Assembly (NCBI GenBank): GCA_000830295.1
Contig: CP010425.1
Coordinates: 128,001 to 192,000 of the forward strand
Direction: 5' to 3'
Origin: an archaeon GW2011_AR15
GTDB lineage: Archaea > Nanobdellota > Nanobdellia > Woesearchaeales > GW2011-AR15
DNA: 64,000 bases
The notes under the pieces were generated by a model that saw nothing but the letters and a program-made list of their open reading frames with translations, was not told where the DNA came from and ran no database searches. The translations under genes were made by a program, and so were the position numbers. Below are positions 39,246 through 48,188 of this stretch, piece by piece; within the stretch, counting starts at the first letter, position 1, and the number at the start of each line of letters is the position of its first letter.

Positions 39246-40094
39246 ATAATTGCTGATTTTCTGATAACCTTCAGGGAGACACTGGAGGCTGCTCTTATAG
39301 TCGGAATCATTCTGGCATATCTTAGCAAAACAAAGAATACAAGATACAATAATATCGTTTATACTGGTATTGGAGCAGGTCTTGTTGCCAGCATCATAGC
39401 TGCCTTCCTCTTTACCAAGGTATACGGAGGATTCACAGGAGCTGCTGAAGAGATATTTGAAGGTGTTGCAATGCTCTTCGGCTCATTCCTTATAACCACG
39501 GTCATATTGTGGATGATGAACCAGAAAAACATATCGCATGACTTAAAAGAAAAAGTTGCCAAGGATATAGAGCATAAAAACAGGACCGGATTATTCCTCC
39601 TGACGTTTATTTCTGTCCTTAGGGAAGGTGTTGAAACCGTCATTTTCCTTGGCGCTGCCAGTTTTGTCAACGGCACAAACAGGCTTCTTGGCGGAGCTCT
39701 TGGCGTTGCTTTTGCAATCTTCCTTGGCTACCTCTTATTTGTGGCATCAGTCAGGGTTGATATAAAGAAATTTTTCAATATCTCAAGCCTCCTGCTTATC
39801 TTGTTTGCAGCAGGACTTGCTGCCCACGGTGTCCATGAGCTTCAGGAGGCGCATGTGCTTCCAACTTATATAGAGCATGTCTGGGACATAAATCCTCCTG
39901 CCCCTCTTGCTGATCAGGGAATCTATCCTCCACTGCATGAGAACGGCTCTGTAGGGAGCATAGCAAAGGGCCTCTTTGGATATAATGGTAACCCTTCTCT
40001 TCTGGAGGTGCTTGCATATCTCGTCTATATTGCTGTTGTCTTTATTATATACAAAGCTTTAAATTTACCTGATCACTTGCATATTAGGAAATAA
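39246..40094 (+). CDS. FTR1 family iron permease (ATA start inferred)
   Basis: Two RExxE motifs (RETLE upstream of the track ORF, and REGVE); HELQEA and GLFGY; AGGTGA SD. Confidence 0.9.
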   Translation: MIADFLITFRETLEAALIVGIILAYLSKTKNTRYNNIVYTGIGAGLVASIIAAFLFTKVYGGFTGAAEEIFEGVAMLFGSFLITTVILWMMNQKNISHDLKEKVAKDIEHKNRTGLFLLTFISVLREGVETVIFLGAASFVNGTNRLLGGALGVAFAIFLGYLLFVASVRVDIKKFFNISSLLLILFAAGLAAHGVHELQEAHVLPTYIEHVWDINPPAPLADQGIYPPLHENGSVGSIAKGLFGYNGNPSLLEVLAYLVYIAVVFIIYKALNLPDHLHIRK

Positions 40095-40095
40095 C

Positions 40096-40644
40096 TTGCT
40101 TAAGCAGTTCAAGGATAAAAATCAAAAAATCAGGCTTGTGCTCCTATTTTTCCTTCTAATAGTTGTTGGTTTGCTTTTCTATCAGAAACTTTTCATATTT
40201 TCAGTAATCATGGTTTTTTCAGCGCTGCTGCAATATACTACACATAGGCAGGATATAAAGATAAATCTCGGCCACGTGTTTTTTCTGGGGCTTATAACAG
40301 TAAGCCAGATAGGACTAGTCTACGGAATTCTGCTTATTGTCTTCGCTGAATTCCTTCCAAAGGCTATGGTCGGCGATATGGAAGCAAGAACAATATTTTC
40401 GCTCCCATTGTCAATTGTGATGATGGTGCTTTTTAGCTCGCTTAAAGACTACAGTTTCACGCTTGTAGGCATATTGCTGGTAATAATAAACTACACGCTT
40501 CTGTACTTCTTCTCAAAGATATCGAGGGACCCTATGCCTGAAAAGCTTCTGGAAATAGGACTCCCCTTCCTGCTCAACATAATTTACATCCTGTCTGCAT
40601 CAGAGCCCATAATAAGCATAGTGGGAAGAGTCATATCAGCTTAA
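40096..40644 (+). CDS. Multi-pass membrane protein, paralogue of 61750-62337
   Basis: Shared H-x-x-x-I-x-x-x-LGHV-x-FL...G..YGI pattern. Confidence 0.7.
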   Translation: MLKQFKDKNQKIRLVLLFFLLIVVGLLFYQKLFIFSVIMVFSALLQYTTHRQDIKINLGHVFFLGLITVSQIGLVYGILLIVFAEFLPKAMVGDMEARTIFSLPLSIVMMVLFSSLKDYSFTLVGILLVIINYTLLYFFSKISRDPMPEKLLEIGLPFLLNIIYILSASEPIISIVGRVISA

Positions 40645-40829
40645 GAGACCCTGTGATCTTATCTATCTTGTCTTCGTCATCAGGCCCAATCCTTTTAGGC
40701 GCTCAACTTTGTTTCGCTAAAAGCATTGATGGAAAACTTGTGCGACATGCGCCATAAAAATGGATTAGTCACACTTAATTACATTAATTTTAATTCAGAA
40801 GTGATTCCATCTATCTTGTCTTCGTCATC
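40631..40829. mobile_element. 148-bp-period insertion or scar duplicating the pth2 3' end
   Basis: 21-bp direct repeat at 40661-40681 and 40809-40829. The orphan copy reads IGPDDEDKIDKITGSLKLI-stop. The end motif is shared with the element at 13.9 kb. Confidence 0.65.
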
Positions 40830-41123
40830 TGGGCCTATTGCCATGCATGTTTCTGTTCCCGGAGCAATCACTGTTCTGCCTGCATCAGTAATGAGAGCTG
40901 TTGTAAGCCCTGCGTCCTTTGCCAGCTGATTGTATTTATAGAGCTCATTCCTGTCAGCGACTTTAAGGGCAATCTTGCCCTGGCCATTGTTTCTCCATTC
41001 CTTTACTTTCTCTTTGTCAGACCTTAGGGTAGCTTCTACAGAAGCATGGGCTGCCTGGGCTGCCATTTTTCCTTTCGGCAGTTTCAGGTCTGCCCTTATA
41101 AGAATTACCTGTTTTAATGCCAT
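40779..41123 (-). CDS. pth2: Peptidyl-tRNA hydrolase Pth2
   Basis: KGKMAAQAAHA, DAGRT and IGP motifs. Confidence 0.96.
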   Translation of the reverse strand: MALKQVILIRADLKLPKGKMAAQAAHASVEATLRSDKEKVKEWRNNGQGKIALKVADRNELYKYNQLAKDAGLTTALITDAGRTVIAPGTETCMAIGPDDEDKIDGITSELKLM

Positions 41124-41155
41124 ATTCGATTAAATAGTCAACTAGTTTAAAATAT

Positions 41156-41656
41156 TTATGGGGTTTTATATAAATAGGCAATGCTGACAGTTGTCCCTGT
41201 AGGCGGCTTTGTTGAAGAGTCAATTCTTGCCAATATGTCATTCTTATTTAATGTCCTGAACATCCATCCATTATAATTATAATGTGCATATCTCTGCTCT
41301 TTGCCTTCCTGGAAGGCTTTTATTATAGGCTCCGGCTCAAAGCCTTTGCCCTCATCAATAATCTGAACAAGATAACCTTTTTGTCCGAAAACATGCCTGA
41401 CTTTTACCTCACGCCCCTGTTCGCTGTCATATGCCCTATGATAGGTGTTGTCCAGAGCATGCTGCAACGGGCTTACTATTTCCATAATATCTGCTATCCC
41501 TTCTATTTTTGACAGCATTGGCTCAACAACGCGACCAGTATACTGCCTTACCCATAAGTTGCAATCATCTGTACTTGTAAGCACATGTTCCTCAGAACTT
41601 ATTTCCGGGCCAATCATTTCCAATAGTTCATCCAATGATGCAGATGTAAATGCCAT
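41156..41656 (-). CDS. GHKL/HATPase_c-like (anti-sigma kinase-like) domain protein, degenerate
   Basis: N-box-like ALDNTYHRAY, G1 box IIDEGKGF and C-terminal GTTV. Confidence 0.6.
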   Translation of the reverse strand: MAFTSASLDELLEMIGPEISSEEHVLTSTDDCNLWVRQYTGRVVEPMLSKIEGIADIMEIVSPLQHALDNTYHRAYDSEQGREVKVRHVFGQKGYLVQIIDEGKGFEPEPIIKAFQEGKEQRYAHYNYNGWMFRTLNKNDILARIDSSTKPPTGTTVSIAYLYKTP

Positions 41657-41763
41657 AGAGAGTAAGACACAGGCATACTTTATAAATGTTTCTATTTTTA
41701 CTACTATTTAGTGCTAACTTTTATTTGATTAAATTATTAAAACATAATGAGTTCCTTTTTCAG

Positions 41764-42423
41764 ATGGAAAAAGTAGAAACTGGTGATGGCTCACCGACTT
41801 TCTATAGTGAGAAATATGGCGAAACATATCATTCCAAATCTGGAGCCCTGGAGGAAACTTTTGGGAAATTTATACGGCCATGCAGAATAAAAGAACTGGC
41901 TAAGACAGGGAGAGTCAGGATTTTTGATATCTGCTTCGGCCTTGGCTATAATGCGATTGCAGCAATTGATGCTGCTCTTGAAGAGAATGAGAATTGCGAA
42001 ATATACCTTGTTTCTCTTGAAAAAGAGCTAATTCTGGACAGGCTAAAAGAACTCAACCCCTGCTTAACTCATTACCATATTATCGAAAAACTGCAGTTTG
42101 ACCCTATCAATAACAGCTACACTTACGAGGAGAAAAATATCTATCTCAGAATAAAAATAGGCAATGCCAAAGAAACAATAAAAACATTAAAAGGCAGTTT
42201 TGATGCTGTCTTCCTTGACCCGTTCTCTCCAAAGAAGAATCCTGAGCTTTGGACAGAGGAATTTTTCAGGGAAATTTTCAGGAGGATGAATAAGGGGAGC
42301 ATACTATCTACTTATTCCTGCGCAAGAATTGTCAGGGATAATTTAAGAAGTGCCGGCTTTGAAGTTTCCGACGGACCGTCTATCGGAAGAAGGGCACCCT
42401 CAACAATAGCCAAAAAGTTATAA
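41764..42423 (+). CDS. MnmC N-terminal-like SAM methyltransferase
   Basis: DGSPT, YHS..GA, FGLGYN and DPFSP.KNPELW motifs. Confidence 0.9.
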   Translation: MEKVETGDGSPTFYSEKYGETYHSKSGALEETFGKFIRPCRIKELAKTGRVRIFDICFGLGYNAIAAIDAALEENENCEIYLVSLEKELILDRLKELNPCLTHYHIIEKLQFDPINNSYTYEEKNIYLRIKIGNAKETIKTLKGSFDAVFLDPFSPKKNPELWTEEFFREIFRRMNKGSILSTYSCARIVRDNLRSAGFEVSDGPSIGRRAPSTIAKKL

Positions 42424-42449
42424 ACAAAACATAACTTCCTTTTCTTTAA

Positions 42450-42587
42450 GTCCCTGTAGTGTAGCCTGGATAGCACATAAGATTGCGGACAACCGTTTCG
42501 TCAGTTGGCGCCGTAACGGGTACCCTCTAAAGAGGGTACGCATTGTGTAAAAATCTTGTAGCCGGGGTTCAAATCCTCGCAGGGACG
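42450..42587 (+). tRNA. tRNA-Arg(GCG) with 64-nt intron (42489-42552)
   Basis: GTCCCTG/CAGGGAC acceptor stem, TAAGA-TTGCGG|A-TCTTG anticodon arm, GGTTCAAATCC T-arm; relaxed BHB. Confidence 0.88.
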
Positions 42588-42646
42588 TGAACATAGTGAA
42601 CATCCCTAGAGGAGCATGAGCGCAAGTGAGTTCTCCTCGCAGGGAC
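42574..42646. repeat. 13-bp duplication of the tRNA-Arg 3' end, 60 bp downstream
   Basis: TCCTCGCAGGGAC at 42574-42586 and 42634-42646. Confidence 0.7.
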
Positions 42647-42684
42647 ATTTTTCTAAGAAAGGTCGAATTCGTTCTTTTCTGATT

Positions 42685-43485
42685 CTAATCCTTTCTCACT
42701 GCTGCATCTATTGATTCCATTCCTATTGCAGCAACGACCTTCTCATAATAATTCAGGGCCCTGAAACTGCTGCCGAACCCACCCAGGGTAGGGTCCGCAA
42801 GATGCCAGCCATTGTCATAGAATGTTGCAAAAGCATGGCCGCGACCATGTGTTGGACGTCTTTTCTGGTTCTGATATTTTAAAATGAGATTATCCCCATA
42901 AACTTCTCCGCTTAATTCCCTTGCCGAAATTCCTGAAGCAATGCAAAGATCTTTGAACAGCTCGGCTCTGCAGACGCATTTTCTTGCCTTGTTTGATTTA
43001 ATAACCTGTGCTGGTGTCATGGGTTTTGCAGGACCGACCAGTTTTTCACCTGTGGAGGGGATTCCAAAAACATAATCGTATATCCTGCGCGCATTCTCAT
43101 AAGGAGAATCATCTTTGTCTACAAGAGACGTTGATTTGTCTCTTACACTCTTTCCTATGTGCCCATCCTCTCCCAAATCTTCAGGGCCATAATCTCCTGA
43201 TAGGCTAAAGCGGATGCTTGCATAGAAATCTGAAGACGGGAAAGGATTGAAGACATATCCTTTCCTGAAGGAATCTGCATCCAAAACAGAAAAGCCAGAG
43301 CCTTCAGCTGATAGTATCTCAAGCTCCAGCGGAGAAGATTTCTCAAGAGATATCTCCACTTCTCTCCTTTTTCTTTTTGAGCCTGTTGCTTTTGCATGAA
43401 TATCAAGGATCCAATCTTTTTCTGAATACAAAGGCAGGAAAACCCATGTTCCATATTCTTTATTCACAAAGACAAGTTGCTGCAT
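42685..43485 (-). CDS. Transglutaminase-like domain protein
   Basis: KCVCRAELF.DLC..SGI.AR, HAF and W..ADPT triad pattern. Confidence 0.8.
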   Translation of the reverse strand: MQQLVFVNKEYGTWVFLPLYSEKDWILDIHAKATGSKRKRREVEISLEKSSPLELEILSAEGSGFSVLDADSFRKGYVFNPFPSSDFYASIRFSLSGDYGPEDLGEDGHIGKSVRDKSTSLVDKDDSPYENARRIYDYVFGIPSTGEKLVGPAKPMTPAQVIKSNKARKCVCRAELFKDLCIASGISARELSGEVYGDNLILKYQNQKRRPTHGRGHAFATFYDNGWHLADPTLGGFGSSFRALNYYEKVVAAIGMESIDAAVRKD

Positions 43486-43588
43486 AAGAAGGGCTATTTG
43501 CATTCTTATATAAAAATGTTCTAATCCGCAAAGGAAAGTTAAAAAAATTATCATAAATCTTAAATACCTTCATTAATTATCAATTTCT

Positions 43589-44032
43589 ATGGCAAAGACA
43601 ATTAAGGAAACGTGCGGGTTCCTGAAAGAGAGAAAAGAAGAAATAACTTTCCTTGAAGGTGCTGAAAGATACCAGTACATTCTGCAGATTGCAGATAACT
43701 ATGAGAGGAGCAATCCTTTTCCGCCTGAACTAAAAATTTCCGGCAACAAAGTCCCCGGCTGTGTTTCAGAGGCCTATGTTGCATCAGAATTCAAAGATGG
43801 AAAAATGTATTATAAGTGCATATCAGACGCAAGGACAGTATTTGGCTATATGGCTATGCTTGCAGAGGCCCTGAGCGGCCTTCCCCCCGGAGAGATAGTA
43901 GATAACTCAAAACCATGCATTGATGATTTTGTAAAGGGCACTAATGTGCTTGGCTCCCTGAGCCCTAACAGGGCAAATGCCTTCGGCAATGTATACAGGA
44001 TGATGGTCGAGAGGGCAAGGCAGCATCTCTGA
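43589..44032 (+). CDS. sufE: SufE family Fe-S sulfur acceptor
   Basis: ERYQYI, VPGCVS, SDA and LSPNR motifs. Confidence 0.88.
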   Translation: MAKTIKETCGFLKERKEEITFLEGAERYQYILQIADNYERSNPFPPELKISGNKVPGCVSEAYVASEFKDGKMYYKCISDARTVFGYMAMLAEALSGLPPGEIVDNSKPCIDDFVKGTNVLGSLSPNRANAFGNVYRMMVERARQHL

Positions 44033-44073
44033 TTCCGTTTAGCTTTAAATATAACTTCTCAGTTCCCCAGTAA

Positions 44074-44871
44074 ATGGTATTTAATGACTATAAACATCTA
44101 TTTTATGATCTGGAAATGCCACAGATAGATGAGCTAACCTCTTTCAGTCTTATCCCTTTTACTCTTGAAAGACAGGTTACTATGCAGAATGGCGGTCTTG
44201 ATCTCAGCTCAAAACCGAAGCTGAAGAGGCTTAGCGAAAAGAAGCTTAAGCATTATAGGGAACTCGTACCCGGGTTCGATATAAGAGACTTGGAAGATTT
44301 TTCAGAATTGGGGCTATTCAGGGGATACAAAAAAATTAAAGAACCATGCTCAATGCTGCTGGGAGACATGCCGGAGCTGATGTCAAAAATAGGAGAGATA
44401 TACCAGATAGCATATGCACATTATGTGGTTGCAGCAAATGAAAAGAGCGGGTTCCCGAATTTCTGGTGCGGAGACTCGGGAAGAAATATTGCCGCTTCAT
44501 CCTGGGTTATGGGCTTTCTCAATGCCGCTTATGTCCTTGATGATCCGGACGATCATGGATACAATGCGTTCCCCTTTACTATAAAAGAGCCCCACACAGA
44601 AGGGGTAGTGATTGTCGATCCTACTTCTGATCAGCTGTGGGAAAGCAGAGTCGGCCCAAGAAACATGATTCTTGTAATCTCTGGAAAAGAATGGGTATAT
44701 AAAACTTCCAGGAGCTTTGGGAAGGATCTTTTTCCAACCCATGCTTTCCACATAGGTTCTTTGTTGCATGCTGATTATTTCAGACACGAAACAGAATATA
44801 TGGCTCCAATTATGGAATATTTTGCAGAAGCATTTAGAAACCCTGTGGATATGGATAAACTAAAGGACTAA
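44074..44871 (+). CDS. Hypothetical protein with possible Cys-His-Asp papain-like triad
   Basis: WCGDS...DHGY...IVDPTSDQ. Confidence 0.55.
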   Translation: MVFNDYKHLFYDLEMPQIDELTSFSLIPFTLERQVTMQNGGLDLSSKPKLKRLSEKKLKHYRELVPGFDIRDLEDFSELGLFRGYKKIKEPCSMLLGDMPELMSKIGEIYQIAYAHYVVAANEKSGFPNFWCGDSGRNIAASSWVMGFLNAAYVLDDPDDHGYNAFPFTIKEPHTEGVVIVDPTSDQLWESRVGPRNMILVISGKEWVYKTSRSFGKDLFPTHAFHIGSLLHADYFRHETEYMAPIMEYFAEAFRNPVDMDKLKD

Positions 44872-44908
44872 CTAATATCACAATGTTTAATAATCTTCTT
44901 AAAATTTA

Positions 44909-45793
44909 ATGCCTGAAATGGGAGACATAAAAGGCTACGCCTATGTTCTTATAGCAGTTTTCATGATTGCCATGTCAGCCAACGGCATAGATTACGTGCT
45001 TCAGGGAAATAATGTCGAGACTTCAAGCTTCCTCTGGAACCTTTCTGCCCTTATTGGCGCCTCCCTCATAGTTGTGTTCTCAAAAGAAAGGGCCAATCTT
45101 ATTCCGACTCTTAAAAAATACTGGAAGGTCCTTGCTATTGTAGGAATATTCCAGGGAATTGCGATGCTCGGCTGGTTTTTCTCAATCCAGGCAATAGGGC
45201 CTGAGATAAGTTCATTCCTGGGAAGAATCGGGACACTTGTACTGGTTATCTTAAGTGTGGTTTTCCTCAATGAAAAATTCAATTTTGGAGAAGCTTTTGG
45301 TGCAGCACTTGTGCTTCTCGGCGTATACATCATAACCTTTTCCCCGATTGAATTTCTTGGCTGGAGAGTAATATACATTGTCATAGGCGGTTCCTTTTAT
45401 GCAGTTGCACAGCTCCTGATAAAGAAGAATATAAAAGACATCACCCCGCTTATATTCACGTTCACAAGCTCAGTAATGATTTTCCTGACAATCCTTGGGT
45501 ATGCTTTGGCCTCGGGCAATCTTCATGCCCCTAATCTTGACAGCCTTCCTGTACTGGCAGCAATCCCTGTACTGAGCGAGGTTGTTGCTGTTATTCTGGT
45601 AACCTCTTCATACAATTATATCGGTGCAGGCAAGTCGCAGGTGATACGGTCTGCTTTTCCTTTTGTTGTTGTTATATACTCTTATGTCTTATACAGAACC
45701 GTGCTGCTGGCTCACCAGTTTTTCAGCGGCACTCTAATCATAGCCGGCGCTGTCCTCCTCATACTTTCCAGGAGAAACTCTGTTAAGCAGTGA
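44909..45793 (+). CDS. EamA/DMT family transporter
   Basis: About 10 TM in two repeats; FLNEK motif. Confidence 0.85.
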   Translation: MPEMGDIKGYAYVLIAVFMIAMSANGIDYVLQGNNVETSSFLWNLSALIGASLIVVFSKERANLIPTLKKYWKVLAIVGIFQGIAMLGWFFSIQAIGPEISSFLGRIGTLVLVILSVVFLNEKFNFGEAFGAALVLLGVYIITFSPIEFLGWRVIYIVIGGSFYAVAQLLIKKNIKDITPLIFTFTSSVMIFLTILGYALASGNLHAPNLDSLPVLAAIPVLSEVVAVILVTSSYNYIGAGKSQVIRSAFPFVVVIYSYVLYRTVLLAHQFFSGTLIIAGAVLLILSRRNSVKQ

Positions 45794-46114
45794 GCAAAAG
45801 TCATCATCAGTCAGGGGCCCGTTCCATTTGAGCCCCTGCTTTTTCAGGTAATTGTGCACAACCTCATAATTTGAGGGATTTTCCGGGTCTGTTGTGGGAT
45901 AATTGCTTAGGTAAGGATAAGAGAATAGAATCCTCCCGTTTTTTGGATGTATAAGAAAGAGTATTGCATCATGCTCAAAATCTTCATATAATGAATAGGT
46001 AAGAATATCTATCCTTTCCAATCTGTTTGCCAGCCTGATTTCCTTGAGATGCTCCTTTATTTCATTTTCCAGAGTTTCTATCTCTCCAGACTCCCTGTTT
46101 TTTACAGCTTTCAT
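45734..46114 (-). CDS. Hypothetical protein
   Basis: ORF with an upstream TATA-like sequence. Confidence 0.55.
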   Translation of the reverse strand: MKAVKNRESGEIETLENEIKEHLKEIRLANRLERIDILTYSLYEDFEHDAILFLIHPKNGRILFSYPYLSNYPTTDPENPSNYEVVHNYLKKQGLKWNGPLTDDDFCSLLNRVSPGKYEEDSAGYD

Positions 46115-46254
46115 CGGGTATGAGCTAATTATATGTTATATTTAAGCGATATGGAAACCAGCAGAGGGTATAAATGCAAAATATAGTTGGCAGGCTATAC
46201 ATTTTTGGATTTGGCAAACTATATAAACTAGTGGGGTATCTGATAAATATAAAA

Positions 46255-46533
46255 ATGGGGAAAACAGATATTGTAAATGTGCTGTTCAGGAAGAAGCCCG
46301 CAAACATGCTTCTTGAGATGAGGAGAAATTCAAAAAAAGAGATTTATGCTTCCAACCTCGCAAAATCTGTCGACTGCACTTATTCCCACATTGTTAAGTT
46401 GCTCCAGCAGATGCAGAAAGCCGGCTTAGTCAATTTTGACAAGCAGGGTCGCTTAAAACTGCTTAGCTTGACAAAAAAAGGCGAGGAAGTTGCTGCCAAC
46501 ATAGAGAAGATAATGAGTTCTCTCAAGGAATAA
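46255..46533 (+). CDS. Winged-helix (MarR-like) DNA-binding protein
   Basis: YASNLAK..DCTYSH...GLV...GR...LTKKG. Confidence 0.85.
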   Translation: MGKTDIVNVLFRKKPANMLLEMRRNSKKEIYASNLAKSVDCTYSHIVKLLQQMQKAGLVNFDKQGRLKLLSLTKKGEEVAANIEKIMSSLKE

Positions 46534-46571
46534 TTTTTCTGATTTTAAAAAAATAAATAAAAAATAAATGC

Positions 46572-47024
46572 TTACTCTATAAGCAGACGTACCCTGCTTG
46601 AATCATATTTCCATTCTTCCGGAAGCCTGCCTGATTCTTTGTAGTATTTGACAAGCCTTCTTATCTTTGATTCTGTAAGCTGTAATCCTCTTTTGGCTGT
46701 CATGTCCTTCTTGTTCTCTTCCAGATGCTTCTGGAGGGAGATGACTCTCTTCAAAAGCTGCGCAAGGTTTTCAGGAAGCTTGGGAAGAAGCTCCTTTTCC
46801 TTCAGTATTGCTGAAACTGATTTTTTTGTTATGGATTTTATATCCGGAATCCCGTATGTATCCCTGAGTATAATCCCTGCTTCTGACGCTGATTTTCCCT
46901 CTTTAGCCAGCTTCAGGACCAAAAGCTCAATCTCCTTCGGCTTGTAGCTCATCCATGTGTATGTCTTGTTTACAGGCTTTTTTGAGCCTGACTTTCCTTT
47001 CTTTCTTGAGTGCATTCTTGCCAT
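46572..47024 (-). CDS. rps15: 30S ribosomal protein uS15
   Basis: MARMHSRKKGKSGS and ESKIRRLVKYYK. Confidence 0.98.
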   Translation of the reverse strand: MARMHSRKKGKSGSKKPVNKTYTWMSYKPKEIELLVLKLAKEGKSASEAGIILRDTYGIPDIKSITKKSVSAILKEKELLPKLPENLAQLLKRVISLQKHLEENKKDMTAKRGLQLTESKIRRLVKYYKESGRLPEEWKYDSSRVRLLIE

Positions 47025-47168
47025 TTTAGTTAATCCCCGGAGAAATAGTCTTTGCTAGTCTCCAGCATAAATCCGCTTTCACAGGATTTATCTTTTGTTA
47101 TGGACATGGAGTTTTACATGATTTAAAAAGGTTTCGGAGACAAACCTAAAATTCCAAAAGACCCTGAT

Positions 47169-47768
47169 TTAGTATAGACAGCGATTATCAAATATTCTCT
47201 CCTGTTTTATTTTATTCTCAGATGCATATCTTACTGCATCTTCTTTATTCTCTGCTATGAGGCAGTTTAATGAATGTATATACCTTATTGAATAAATAGA
47301 TTCAGAACAGATTTTCTTCTCCAGCAGCTCCTCCCCGCATACCAGAAGAGATAGAATTCTCTCAGCGGTTTTTCTGCCATCATATTTTAAGCTCATTTCT
47401 TCCCCAAATACTACTTCAGACTTCTCTTCCCAGTCTTCTTTCATGTATGCCAGTTCTCCTCTTCTTTGCGGAGAGTCTGGATAGACAAAGGGGTGTTTAT
47501 AAGCTCTATTAAGCAGTCTGGGTATCTCGACAGGCACTATTTCTACATCATCATTGCTGACATTAACTGCAAACTCAGCCCCAAGATATGCTTCTTCGAA
47601 AGCATAATATTTATCATGCAGATTTATTATATAAGGAGGGATATTTAGGGATATCAGGATTTTTTGTTTTCCTGTTGCCTTGTAAGCGAGGCGGTCTTTG
47701 TATTCGGTTTTTGCCATATGTGAACTAAAAAACTCTTCTATGGCTTCAGTTATCTCCATGCTGGCCAT
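47169..47768 (-). CDS. Stand-alone paralogue of the E2-like domain lacking the catalytic Cys
   Basis: Aligns by eye with the C-terminus of 7093-8439, including identical YKHPFV. Confidence 0.6.
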   Translation of the reverse strand: MASMEITEAIEEFFSSHMAKTEYKDRLAYKATGKQKILISLNIPPYIINLHDKYYAFEEAYLGAEFAVNVSNDDVEIVPVEIPRLLNRAYKHPFVYPDSPQRRGELAYMKEDWEEKSEVVFGEEMSLKYDGRKTAERILSLLVCGEELLEKKICSESIYSIRYIHSLNCLIAENKEDAVRYASENKIKQERIFDNRCLY

Positions 47769-47879
47769 AAAAATAGTTTGATAAATAGTTTTTTATACCT
47801 TCTTTCTATATTTCCGTAATATTTTCGATATGATCCAGAAATAGATTCTCCGGATTATGTGCTGTTGATGAAAGAATAG

Positions 47880-48128
47880 TCATGAGAAAACAGCTACTGT
47901 GACACCGGAGCCGCCTTCATTCGGCCTGCCTGAACGGGCTTTTCTTACAAAAGTGGTTGCCCTCAGCAGATCCCTTACAGTATCCCTAAGTATGCCCTGG
48001 CCTTTGCCATGGATAATATGGACTTCAGGGAAGCCCATGTCATAGAAAGCGAGCAGATTAGCCCTTATTGTACGGACAGCCTCTTCTCTTGTCATACCGT
48101 GAACATCTATTACAGGCCTTTGCGTCAT
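47880..48128 (-). CDS. Smr/MutS2 domain protein
   Basis: IDVHG, IIHGKGQG.L and GGSGVT motifs. Confidence 0.92.
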   Translation of the reverse strand: MTQRPVIDVHGMTREEAVRTIRANLLAFYDMGFPEVHIIHGKGQGILRDTVRDLLRATTFVRKARSGRPNEGGSGVTVAVFS

Positions 48129-48188
48129 GCTAATCCATCTTGGAATAAACTGATAATGTTTATAAATGTGGCTGGTGTTACCTTACCT

